Source: a virus
Lineage: Duplodnaviria > Caudoviricetes
Length of the DNA stretch: 63,046 bases
Reading direction: 5' to 3' (one strand)
Virus record (IMG/VR): IMGVR_UViG_3300042673_000070
Coordinates: 1 to 63,046 of that record
Made by a program: the position numbers and the translations under genes. Below the pieces are notes generated by a model. That model made no database searches. It saw only the letters and a program-made list of their open reading frames with translations, and was not told the origin of the DNA. Positions 9,102-17,252 of the stretch are shown here, one piece after another (within the stretch, counting starts at the first letter, position 1; each line of letters begins with the position of its first letter).

Positions 9102-9322
9102 CCAAGGCAATTAAATTGCCTCCCCGAACCAAACTGTACGGCTACGACTACAACAAGAACCAAACCCTGCACATGACCGGCAAGGAGTGGCACATCTACG
9201 CCAAGCGCGACACGTTCAAGCATCCGTACGACCGTGACGCACGAGACACAGCATGGAGCGGTACGGGTATCGAAGTTTGGCTAGACGGTGCGACGTTGGA
9301 TAAGTCCTACCCGCGCACATAA
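9098..9322 (+). CDS. Hypothetical protein
   Basis: GTG start overlapping the upstream TGA (GTGA); 3' part of ORF 8909-9322. Confidence 0.6.
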   Translation: MTKAIKLPPRTKLYGYDYNKNQTLHMTGKEWHIYAKRDTFKHPYDRDARDTAWSGTGIEVWLDGATLDKSYPRT

Positions 9323-9326
9323 ATTC

Positions 9327-9342
9327 ATAAACAGATGTTTAT
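9327..9342. promoter_or_regulatory. Palindromic operator-like site
   Basis: ATAAACAGATGTTTAT directly before AGGAG. Confidence 0.7.
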
Positions 9343-9355
9343 AGGAGTGAGTGCA

Positions 9356-9646
9356 ATGACTATTGAAACCATGAGCCGAGACGAGTTGATCGAGGCGATT
9401 GTGGACTTCCAAGTCCACACGTTTATGAGTGGACAGAATCAGTCGGAGTTACGACATATCTTGCTGTACGGACATGGATACAAAACGTACACGCTACATG
9501 ATGACAACAACTGGACTACTGAACAGTTGCGGGAATACGCCAAGGACTTGGGCGTGTTGGATGAGGGATTCAAGAGGAGAAACGTAGCGGGACATATTGT
9601 CGAGCCGCCCAACCGTGACGAGTGGGTCAACTGGGGGAGGAAATAA
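9356..9646 (+). CDS. Hypothetical protein
   Basis: ATG after AGGAGTGAGTGCA, in frame with ORF 9335-9646. Confidence 0.65.
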   Translation: MTIETMSRDELIEAIVDFQVHTFMSGQNQSELRHILLYGHGYKTYTLHDDNNWTTEQLREYAKDLGVLDEGFKRRNVAGHIVEPPNRDEWVNWGRK

Positions 9647-9648
9647 CC

Positions 9649-10077
9649 ATGCAAACCTTCCTACCGTATCCGTCCTACGAGCACTCTGCGCGGGTACTGG
9701 ATTACCGGAGACTCGGCAAGCAGCGAGTCGAGACAAAGCAAATCCTACTTGCCATGAGCAAGACGACAGGCGGGTGGCGTAACCATCCTGCGACGAAGAT
9801 GTGGCGTGGCTACGAGATCGAGTTGGCTCTGTACGGAGCGGCTATGTGCTACGAGTGGAAGTCCAGAGGGTACAAGGACAGTCTGCATGACTTTTTTCTA
9901 CTCGCGGCGAGCGAGTACATGGCTGACGGACGACGGGCAGCACCGCCACCGTGGATAGGCGACGAGTCAATCCATGCGTCACACCGGTCGAATCTGCTAC
10001 GGAAAGACCCTGTGTTCTATGGGCAGTTCGGATGGAGTGAGAGTGCCGATCTGCCGTATGTGTGGCCGGTTGAGTAA
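9649..10077 (+). CDS. Pyrimidine-dimer DNA glycosylase family protein (MSMEG_6728/DenV-like)
   Basis: MQTFLPY...LDYRRLGKQRVE...WRNHPATKMWRG...SHRSNLLRKD signature. Confidence 0.8.
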   Translation: MQTFLPYPSYEHSARVLDYRRLGKQRVETKQILLAMSKTTGGWRNHPATKMWRGYEIELALYGAAMCYEWKSRGYKDSLHDFFLLAASEYMADGRRAAPPPWIGDESIHASHRSNLLRKDPVFYGQFGWSESADLPYVWPVE

Positions 10078-10078
10078 G

Positions 10079-10109
10079 TGATTTATAAACACATGTTTAT
10101 AGGAGTGCA
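10079..10109 (+). repeat. 31-bp direct repeat copy 2 (palindrome + RBS)
   Basis: Identical to 8859-8889. Confidence 0.85.
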
Positions 10110-10112
10110 AGT

Positions 10113-10406
10113 ATGACTAACGAAATCTGGAACATCGAAGGTGAAGGCGAGGCTCGGTACGAGCCTGACGAGATCGACATTCTCGAAGAACTGTACACGC
10201 AAGAGCGTTTGGCAAATGACTACTTAATTGAACAATTAAAAATGCTTTCAACAGCAGAACCGCGTGAAGCGTTGGACGGTATCAGAAACATATTGGAGCA
10301 AGGCTTCATCTACTTTGGCGAACAGCGCCCGTGGGATAGACCCGCCTTGCAGACACTCATTGGACAGAATCAACAACTAGATTTATTCGAGGAGACAGTG
10401 CAATGA
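10113..10406 (+). CDS. Hypothetical protein
   Basis: 97 aa acidic ORF with strong RBS; QLDLF near the C-terminus. Confidence 0.7.
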   Translation: MTNEIWNIEGEGEARYEPDEIDILEELYTQERLANDYLIEQLKMLSTAEPREALDGIRNILEQGFIYFGEQRPWDRPALQTLIGQNQQLDLFEETVQ

Positions 10407-11212
10407 ATCCGTATTACCTACAGACGAAGGAACACTACGAGAACACAAAGCCGATCCGAGGTCGGGCGGTGGAGGTTCGTCCTGCCGGTAAACGTCGGCG
10501 TGACTGGGAGCAGATCACAAACCCTGCACCGGACACGTATGCGTACAGGTTGTACAACACCGACTGCGTGATCCACACACCCGAGAGAACCGTATTGACC
10601 TACGGACAATGGCCGACCGTAACTACGGCGAAGTTTATTGGCGACTACATGCGGTCGGTTCCGTGTATCAAACGGTACAACACTCTGTGGACATCGCACA
10701 ACAACATGGTTGGTTGGTATCCGATATGTAAACAACTGTTTATAGATTACGACGCCGAGGGCAACAAAATCCCACGCATCGAGCCCGTACCAGTACAGGT
10801 AGTGGATCGCAAACGGGCGAAGGAATTGCGAAAGCGATTGATCCCGTTCATCAACTACGGCGTGACCATGCTGAAGTTATCGGATGGGTGGATCACACGT
10901 AAGTTTGTGGAAGAGACACGGCAACGTGTGTTTGAGAAGTGGCCGAGCGTCTTGCGTGAGAAGTTGAACTTCAACAACTTCATAGATACACCCGAGGACT
11001 TGCTGCCGTATTACATGTATCAGATGGCGACACTATCCACGCCGGTATCGTTCCGTAAGTCTGTCTCTGATCCGTTCGAGTTGGACAGACAGTATTCGCC
11101 TGAATCATTCAAGCGTCAGGTGTATGCGCTGCACGACAAGCAAGAGTCCGAGGTGTATCGGATCGGATACAGGCTACCCGATGGGAATATGTTTACGAAC
11201 GTGGTCGTGTGA
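10403..11212 (+). CDS. Hypothetical protein
   Basis: 269 aa, ATGA overlap with the upstream gene. Confidence 0.75.
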   Translation: MNPYYLQTKEHYENTKPIRGRAVEVRPAGKRRRDWEQITNPAPDTYAYRLYNTDCVIHTPERTVLTYGQWPTVTTAKFIGDYMRSVPCIKRYNTLWTSHNNMVGWYPICKQLFIDYDAEGNKIPRIEPVPVQVVDRKRAKELRKRLIPFINYGVTMLKLSDGWITRKFVEETRQRVFEKWPSVLREKLNFNNFIDTPEDLLPYYMYQMATLSTPVSFRKSVSDPFELDRQYSPESFKRQVYALHDKQESEVYRIGYRLPDGNMFTNVVV

Positions 11213-11215
11213 ATG

Positions 11216-11231
11216 ATAAACACGTGTTTAC
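11216..11231. promoter_or_regulatory. Palindromic operator-like site
   Basis: ATAAACACGTGTTTAC, 6 bp upstream of a -35 box. Confidence 0.7.
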
Positions 11232-11237
11232 AAAACA

Positions 11238-11266
11238 TTGACTTTGACCCTGCAATCAAATATAAT
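11238..11266 (+). promoter_or_regulatory. Strong sigma70 promoter
   Basis: TTGACT-17nt-TATAAT. Confidence 0.8.
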
Positions 11267-11303
11267 ATATCCAACAGTTAGATAAACAACAACGGAGTGC
11301 ATC

Positions 11304-12377
11304 ATGAGTCTGATTAATTTTGGTAAGACGATTTCCTTGAATGACTTTGCCCATGCCGTAGCCGAGTGCGGTCATGAGGTGACTCTGGTAGGCGAAGGCG
11401 AGATGGGTATTGGCAAGTCAGCCATGCTCAAAGAGATAGCCAAGCGGCTACCGACACATCTCCCTGCGTACATCGACTGCACATTGCTAGACCTAGGTGA
11501 CTTTGCTCTGCCGTATACAGTCGAGGAGAACGGTATGCGGGTGACTAAGTTTGCACCCAATGCGCGGTTCAGATTCCACGAGGGTAAGCCGGTCATCATC
11601 ATGCTCGATGAGATTGGCAAGGCGATGGGTGCGGTCAAGAACGTGCTGATGACCCTGATGAACGAGGGGCGTGTCGGTGATCAGTTTGTGCCAGAAGGTA
11701 GTCGTATCTTTGCGACCACTAACCTAGGCATGGAGAATCTGGGTGACTTGCTGCAACCACACCAACGGAATCGTATCTGTTCGGTGCGTATCCGTAAGCC
11801 CGAGGCCGAGGAGTGGATCGAGAACTATGCGCTGAGCAATGATATTGCACCCGAGGTCATCACATGGGTAAAGCAGTTTCCACAATGTCTTGCAGCCGGT
11901 GATGATCCAGCCCAACGTGAGAATCCGTACATCAATGTGATCGGCCAGACCAAGACAGGCGCGGTTGTTACGCCACGTAGTCTGGAGAAGGCAAGCCACA
12001 TCGCCAAGCGTCGAGCAGTACTGGGTGATGAACTCACCATTAGTATGTTGATCGGTGTGATCGGTGAGTCTGCGGCGCGGGACATGCAAGCGTTCTTCAC
12101 GGTGGTGGACAAGTTGCCAACGTGGGATGCCATCATCGCAAGCCCAAGCACAGCGAAGTTACCGGATGACACTATCGCTCGGTGTATCTGTGTGTTCGGT
12201 GCAATCAGTCGAGTGCAGAAGGATACGTTGTCGAAGTGGATGACGTACGTACAACGTATGGACAAGGAGTGGCAAGCCCTGTTTGCCAAGTCTGTGATGA
12301 AGTCTGACAAGCAATCGTTCTGTGTGACTAACAAGGACTTCAAGGACTGGGCGTTGGCTAATGAGTGGCTGTTCTAA
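11304..12377 (+). CDS. MoxR/dynein-related AAA+ ATPase
   Basis: Walker A GEMGIGKS, Walker B IIMLDEI, sensor ATTN, TPRSLE; adjacent to a vWA gene. Confidence 0.85.
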   Translation: MSLINFGKTISLNDFAHAVAECGHEVTLVGEGEMGIGKSAMLKEIAKRLPTHLPAYIDCTLLDLGDFALPYTVEENGMRVTKFAPNARFRFHEGKPVIIMLDEIGKAMGAVKNVLMTLMNEGRVGDQFVPEGSRIFATTNLGMENLGDLLQPHQRNRICSVRIRKPEAEEWIENYALSNDIAPEVITWVKQFPQCLAAGDDPAQRENPYINVIGQTKTGAVVTPRSLEKASHIAKRRAVLGDELTISMLIGVIGESAARDMQAFFTVVDKLPTWDAIIASPSTAKLPDDTIARCICVFGAISRVQKDTLSKWMTYVQRMDKEWQALFAKSVMKSDKQSFCVTNKDFKDWALANEWLF

Positions 12378-12392
12378 TAAACATCTGTTTAC
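12377..12392. promoter_or_regulatory. Palindromic operator-like site
   Basis: ATAAACATCTGTTTAC followed by GGGAGTGCATCATG. Confidence 0.65.
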
Positions 12393-12407
12393 AAATGGGA
12401 GTGCATC

Positions 12408-13583
12408 ATGGCGAAACTAACTGCTGAACAGCGTGTGCAACGGGCGCACGTTGCGTTGATGAACGATCCGAAATACTGCCTGTTCTCTGGCGTGTTCATG
12501 ATCGGCAAGACCGAGGTCGTCGATAACGTGGCTACTGCCTGTACCAACGGGCGCGATGTGAAGTATGGCCGCAAGTTCGTGGACAAACTCACTGAGCAGG
12601 AGTTGCGTGGCCTGATCCTGCACGAGAACAAACACAAAGCGTTCCGTCATCTGGAGATTTGGAAGCCACTGTGGAAGGAGAACCCGCGCCTTGCAAACAT
12701 GGCGTGTGACTACGTGATCAACCTGATGATCTATGACTCTGATGTGGAAGGTAAGTTTGTGAAGTTGCCCGAGGGTGGGTGCTTTGACGAGCGGTTCCGT
12801 GGCATGGATGCAAACACTGTTTACAAAATCCTGAAGCAAGAACAGGAGAAGGGTAACGGTGGTGACGAGAAGGATGAGGACGGTCAAGGCGGTGGCCTAG
12901 ACGACCATGATTGGGAATCTGGTGAGCAGATGAGCAAGGAAGAGAAGGAGACTCTGGTGCGTGACGTTGACCAAGCGTTACGTCAGGGTGCGATTCTCGC
13001 TGGCAAGATGAAGGGTAACGTGCCACGCGAAGTGACCGATGCTTTGACACCGAAGGTGGATTGGCGTGAGGTGCTGCGTGAGTTCGTCAAGTCTGTGTGC
13101 GCGGATCGTGACGAGAGCACATGGAGGCGGCCCGCACGTAGATGGATAGGCCAAGATATTTATATGCCATCCAGTATCAGTACGGCGATCGGGCGTATCA
13201 CGGTGGCTATCGATACGTCAGGCTCCATCGACGGTGAGCAGATCAGTCAGTTCTTGGGTGAGTTGAAGGCTATCTGCGATACGGTCAAGCCCGAGGGTAT
13301 TGATCTGTTGTATTGGGATACGGCTGTGTGTCAGCACGAGAAGTACGACCGTGGTGAGTTTGATCAAATCCTGCGTAGCACCAAGCCGCGAGGTGGTGGT
13401 GGCACTGATCCACGTTGCATCACCGAGTACATGAAGGCCAAGCACATGAAGGCCGAGTGCGCGGTTGTGTTGACCGATGGATATGTGGGTACGTGGGGCA
13501 GCGGGTGGCCGTGTCCTGTGCTGTGGGGCATCACTACGGTGGGCATCACGGCTGCTGTTGGTAAGTCAGTAACGATTCAATAA
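12408..13583 (+). CDS. Metallopeptidase-like + vWA domain protein (DUF2201-like)
   Basis: HENKH (HExxH), ANMACDYVIN, MIDAS DTSGS, GGGGT, LTDG. Confidence 0.85.
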   Translation: MAKLTAEQRVQRAHVALMNDPKYCLFSGVFMIGKTEVVDNVATACTNGRDVKYGRKFVDKLTEQELRGLILHENKHKAFRHLEIWKPLWKENPRLANMACDYVINLMIYDSDVEGKFVKLPEGGCFDERFRGMDANTVYKILKQEQEKGNGGDEKDEDGQGGGLDDHDWESGEQMSKEEKETLVRDVDQALRQGAILAGKMKGNVPREVTDALTPKVDWREVLREFVKSVCADRDESTWRRPARRWIGQDIYMPSSISTAIGRITVAIDTSGSIDGEQISQFLGELKAICDTVKPEGIDLLYWDTAVCQHEKYDRGEFDQILRSTKPRGGGGTDPRCITEYMKAKHMKAECAVVLTDGYVGTWGSGWPCPVLWGITTVGITAAVGKSVTIQ

Positions 13584-13604
13584 ACACTGTTTATAAATAG
13601 GAGA
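13580..13604 (+). repeat. Palindromic site + RBS, 24-bp direct repeat copy 1
   Basis: TAAACACTGTTTATAAATAGGAGA (13581-13604) is identical to 14445-14468. Confidence 0.8.
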
Positions 13605-13612
13605 GTGCAATC

Positions 13613-14434
13613 ATGATTCAAGATAGTGCTGTTTTGGTTGACCTGAACATCTCTGTGTGGACTGGTCGCAAGTTGGACAAGCGTGTGTCTGAACAAGTGG
13701 ATGCGTCGAACAACACAAAGACCCGCGCAGGCAACTACCACAAGAAACTACTCGCCGGTACGGAGGCATTGGACGCGCTTCATGCGGCGGCTAACTTGCT
13801 GCGTCAGTATCACTACGAGAACACGTTACCGTGGAGCGATAGCGGTACACGACTGCTGCCGATGAGTAACTTCTTTGATTACAAGGCAGGACTCGCTGAC
13901 TTCCAAGCCAACTTCAACGGTGCGCTTGAGGAGTTTATCGGTCAGTACGACGACCTTGTGAGTGCGGCGGCGTTCACGTTGGGTGATCTGTTTAATCCGA
14001 ATGATTATCCGAGTGCTGAGCAGGTGCGTAGCAAGAACTCTATACGTGTTGTGTACAGCCCTGTACCCAATGCCGGTGACTTCCGTGTGGACATTCCGAA
14101 TGAGTACCGTGAGGAACTCCAGAAGATTTCCGACGAGCGTATCAATGCGGCGATGAAGGACGCATGGGATCGGCTGCATGACTGCCTGAAACATATGTCC
14201 GAGAAGTTGGCAGGTGAGCAGAAGCAAGTGTTCCGTGACACGTTGGTAACTAACGCGCTTGATCTGTGCGTCATGCTGACGAGACTCAATGTGACTAACG
14301 ATCCGAAGTTGGAACAGGCACGCAAGCAGTTGGAGTCTGCGCTGATCGGTGTCGATGCCAAGGAGTTACGCAAGCACGATGCGGTACGCCACGATGTGAA
14401 GTCACGTGTCGATGAAATCCTGAGTATGTTTTAA
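13613..14434 (+). CDS. DUF3150-like protein
   Basis: SAVLVDLNISVWTGRKLDK...TLPWSDSGTRLLP...FNPNDYPS, as recalled from proteins next to AAA/vWA pairs in phages. Confidence 0.6.
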   Translation: MIQDSAVLVDLNISVWTGRKLDKRVSEQVDASNNTKTRAGNYHKKLLAGTEALDALHAAANLLRQYHYENTLPWSDSGTRLLPMSNFFDYKAGLADFQANFNGALEEFIGQYDDLVSAAAFTLGDLFNPNDYPSAEQVRSKNSIRVVYSPVPNAGDFRVDIPNEYREELQKISDERINAAMKDAWDRLHDCLKHMSEKLAGEQKQVFRDTLVTNALDLCVMLTRLNVTNDPKLEQARKQLESALIGVDAKELRKHDAVRHDVKSRVDEILSMF

Positions 14435-14443
14435 CGGCTAGAT

Positions 14444-14468
14444 GTAAACACTGTTTATAAATAGGAGA
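14444..14468 (+). repeat. Palindromic site + RBS, 24-bp direct repeat copy 2
   Basis: GTAAACACTGTTTATAAATAGGAGA. Confidence 0.8.
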
Positions 14469-14474
14469 ACAGAG

Positions 14475-15257
14475 ATGCTTACTGGACGAATTGAAGATAA
14501 CGACCGCATGGCTCGGCTAAACTTGTTTATGCGTGATTTGAAGCGCACACATGTGAGCCGGTATCCGCTGCGTGTGGAGTCGGACGGGACTACCTGTGTG
14601 GAAATCTACGATGATCGGTTCACACACAAGCCGGTGCTGACCTTGTATGCCGTGGATGGCAACACGTACAAAATCTGGAGTCCGATGATCGTCAACGAGA
14701 AGTTCAGCCACAACAATTCTGACTACCACACCCGCAAGTCATCCGATGGGGCGAAGATCAGACGGTGGCTGAAGGAGTATGCCGTACCGCACTCGACACG
14801 GTTTATTTCACGTACGTCGTACGATCTCATGACTGGCAACGTATACACGTGGAGAAACCAATACTACGGAGATATACGCGAGGCACAGCGAAGCATCGTC
14901 AGTGACGATGTGCTTGAGGACATTCTGAATTACATCAAGACGGGTGTGGCGTATCAGAGTTCCAAGTTCAACAAGTTCAAGGACTCAGAGTTTATTGCCA
15001 AGGCCGAACAGCATGTGGAGCGGAGCAAGGCAACTAACCCGACGCTGCACGTACTGGTGAATCCCGATGAGATGGTGTCTGTAAATAAAATGCTCAATAC
15101 GTGGGATGAACCTGAAAACATCTGTACACAACTGTACGACACGCTTGATGACAACTACCGTTCAAAGATTGCACTACTCAAAATGGTCGCACCAAAGACG
15201 ATGCTTGGTGAGGTGGGTGTAAGGATTGACACTTGCAACTTTTGGATATACAAATAG
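14475..15257 (+). CDS. Hypothetical protein
   Basis: 260 aa with AGGAG RBS. Confidence 0.75.
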   Translation: MLTGRIEDNDRMARLNLFMRDLKRTHVSRYPLRVESDGTTCVEIYDDRFTHKPVLTLYAVDGNTYKIWSPMIVNEKFSHNNSDYHTRKSSDGAKIRRWLKEYAVPHSTRFISRTSYDLMTGNVYTWRNQYYGDIREAQRSIVSDDVLEDILNYIKTGVAYQSSKFNKFKDSEFIAKAEQHVERSKATNPTLHVLVNPDEMVSVNKMLNTWDEPENICTQLYDTLDDNYRSKIALLKMVAPKTMLGEVGVRIDTCNFWIYK

Positions 15258-15286
15258 TTGACCTGCAAATAACGGTGGGTTAGAGT
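15258..15286 (+). promoter_or_regulatory. Sigma70-like promoter
   Basis: TTGACC-17nt-TAGAGT, 6 nt before the next ATG. Confidence 0.5.
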
Positions 15287-15292
15287 GCAAAG

Positions 15293-15625
15293 ATGATAAA
15301 ATGTAGTAGATGGCTTTTAAGTGTGAGCCTTAGAACTAATGGCGACGAGTACCGTTACTACACCCTGCTTGATCAGCGCAAACAACAATCAACACGATTC
15401 GACAGTCATAAACACTGTTTACATATCGACGTTGCAGAGAAACTGGCGTTGGTGAGGATCAGGCGGGGTGACTACGACAACACAAACGTAATGGGTACGT
15501 GGATCGGTGATCGACACCTGATCGTGGCCTTGAATAAAGACGAGTACCAATACCTACTGGAGTTGACGTATGGCAGCGACACCGGAAAGCAAAGTAAAAG
15601 ATCGCGTAAAAAAGATACTGGCTAA
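15293..15625 (+). CDS. Hypothetical protein
   Basis: 110 aa ORF filling the gap on the coding strand; start uncertain. Confidence 0.55.
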   Translation: MIKCSRWLLSVSLRTNGDEYRYYTLLDQRKQQSTRFDSHKHCLHIDVAEKLALVRIRRGDYDNTNVMGTWIGDRHLIVALNKDEYQYLLELTYGSDTGKQSKRSRKKDTG

Positions 15626-15920
15626 ATATCAGAAAACATACCACCTACTACCGATGACGGGTGGTTATGGATCATCCGGAGCACCAGACATTATCGCGTT
15701 AATTGACGGTAAGTTTATAGGTATCGAGTGCAAGGCTAACGGCAACAAGCCTACGGCATTGCAGATGAAACATCTGGAGAAGATTGTTGGGGCAGAGGGG
15801 TATGGGTTTGTGGTCGATGACAAGTCAATCGGTGTGTTCATCTTGGCGTTGGATAACGTAGTAAATAACCGAGCAAAACCTGCCGTGATGGATTTAACAC
15901 GTGAAGAAGGAGCGAACTAA
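15570..15920 (+). CDS. VRR-NUC family nuclease (putative resolvase)
   Basis: TPESKVK...GYGSSGAPDII...FIGIECKA..NKPTALQ, a PD-(D/E)xK pattern. Confidence 0.85.
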   Translation: MAATPESKVKDRVKKILAKYQKTYHLLPMTGGYGSSGAPDIIALIDGKFIGIECKANGNKPTALQMKHLEKIVGAEGYGFVVDDKSIGVFILALDNVVNNRAKPAVMDLTREEGAN

Positions 15921-16143
15921 AACACGTTACGGCGTGGCGCGTCGGATACTGCGGCTGACAAGATCACAGTTTGCAATCACGGCAACCGATCTGGTCGAGA
16001 CGTACGGATTCACATATCGCCATGCGTTGCGGTACATAAAGTGGATGCAGGAAGAGGGGCTGATTTACCTGCGGTATCGCAAGAATAGATATAACTATTA
16101 TTCAGTTGTGAGGAGAAAGCATGAAGTTGGAAAAATTAAATGA
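15901..16143 (+). CDS. Winged helix-turn-helix protein, putative
   Basis: ITATDLVETYGFTYRHALRYIKWMQEEGLIY. Confidence 0.55.
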   Translation: MKKERTKTRYGVARRILRLTRSQFAITATDLVETYGFTYRHALRYIKWMQEEGLIYLRYRKNRYNYYSVVRRKHEVGKIK

Positions 16144-16420
16144 CGCGCTTGCCGTAGCCCATGAGTTCGGGCTGGACGGCGTGGACATAGCCATTCTTGG
16201 TGCGATTGCCGAGAAGCGGCGTGGCGAGGGGGGTGCAACTATCATGCAATTCTCTTCCGGTATTTCCGTCGCGTCGTTTGCGACGATCCATGCGCGTGTC
16301 AAACGCATGGTGGACAAAGGCATATTGTGCAAGCGGGTAAACAAAAGTAACGAACGCTACAAGGTGCTTGAAGATGGCCCTGCGTTCGGCAAGTTCATAA
16401 ACAAGTTGAGTGATGTTTAA
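16121..16420 (+). CDS. MarR-like winged-helix protein, putative
   Basis: SFATIHARVKRMVDKGIL...NERYKVL. Confidence 0.6.
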   Translation: MKLEKLNDALAVAHEFGLDGVDIAILGAIAEKRRGEGGATIMQFSSGISVASFATIHARVKRMVDKGILCKRVNKSNERYKVLEDGPAFGKFINKLSDV

Positions 16421-16431
16421 CAACCGAAGGA

Positions 16432-16905
16432 GTGACTAGAGTGAAGAAGAAGCAAACTAAAACGCAACGTATCAATGCGTTGCTTGCAGCAAGACCGGAA
16501 CTGACGATAAAGGAAGTAGCCAAGAAGTTGGGAGTAACTCCGAATCTTGTGCATCAGGCCAGATGGAAGGCCAAGCAGAACTCTGAATTTGTAAACAAGG
16601 TGTTTACAAAAGCGGGGCTGAAGAAGCCGTCGAGGATCATTGATGCGGTGACAGAGATGAAGACCACGCTCGATGCGTTGGACAAGATCAAAGACAAACC
16701 CGATCCCGTCAATCATCCTGCACATTACAAGGCTGGCGGTGTTGAGACTATCGACTTCATCGAGGCGAAGGATTTGAACTACCGTCTTGGCAACGTGGTG
16801 AAGTACGTCACTCGTGCCGGTAGGAAAGCGACTGATCCTATTGAGGATTTGAAGAAGGCTCGTTGGTACTTGGATCGTGAAATTTCTGTACGGGAGAAAG
16901 CATAA
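16432..16905 (+). CDS. HTH + DUF3310 (SaV-like) protein
   Basis: N-terminal TIKEVAKKLGVT; C-terminal DPVNHPAHY..GGVETIDFI...GNVVKYVTRAG...EDLKKARWYL. Confidence 0.85.
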   Translation: MTRVKKKQTKTQRINALLAARPELTIKEVAKKLGVTPNLVHQARWKAKQNSEFVNKVFTKAGLKKPSRIIDAVTEMKTTLDALDKIKDKPDPVNHPAHYKAGGVETIDFIEAKDLNYRLGNVVKYVTRAGRKATDPIEDLKKARWYLDREISVREKA

Positions 16906-17252
16906 TGTCAATTATTCTTCAGCGTTCGTTGGCCGCGCTCAAGGCCGCAGGTGCTAAGTACGTCATCATCATGCCTGACGGTACGGTACATCAGCAGGGT
17001 GACTTGGAATTATCGGCAAAGAAGAAGCGTTCCAAACGGTTGTATCCACATGGGACGATCACCAAGCATTACATGCCGTACCTCAAGGACTTGAAACCGA
17101 ATCAAACGGTCGAGATCCCGTTCGGGCAATTCTCACCACATGCTATCGTGAGCGGCGTTTCATCACGTGCCGTTGTCTTGTGGGGTAAGGGCAGTACTGT
17201 TACCGCGCAGGATAAAAACAAGAAGGTCGTTGAAGTACTGAGGGTATCGTAA
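16905..17252 (+). CDS. Hypothetical protein
   Basis: 115 aa, TAATG coupling with both neighbours. Confidence 0.7.
   Translation: MSIILQRSLAALKAAGAKYVIIMPDGTVHQQGDLELSAKKKRSKRLYPHGTITKHYMPYLKDLKPNQTVEIPFGQFSPHAIVSGVSSRAVVLWGKGSTVTAQDKNKKVVEVLRVS

Noticed and set aside
7631-16607. Repeated palindrome as a CRISPR array
   Set aside because: Copies are hundreds of bp apart with whole genes between them; no regular spacers and no cas operon.
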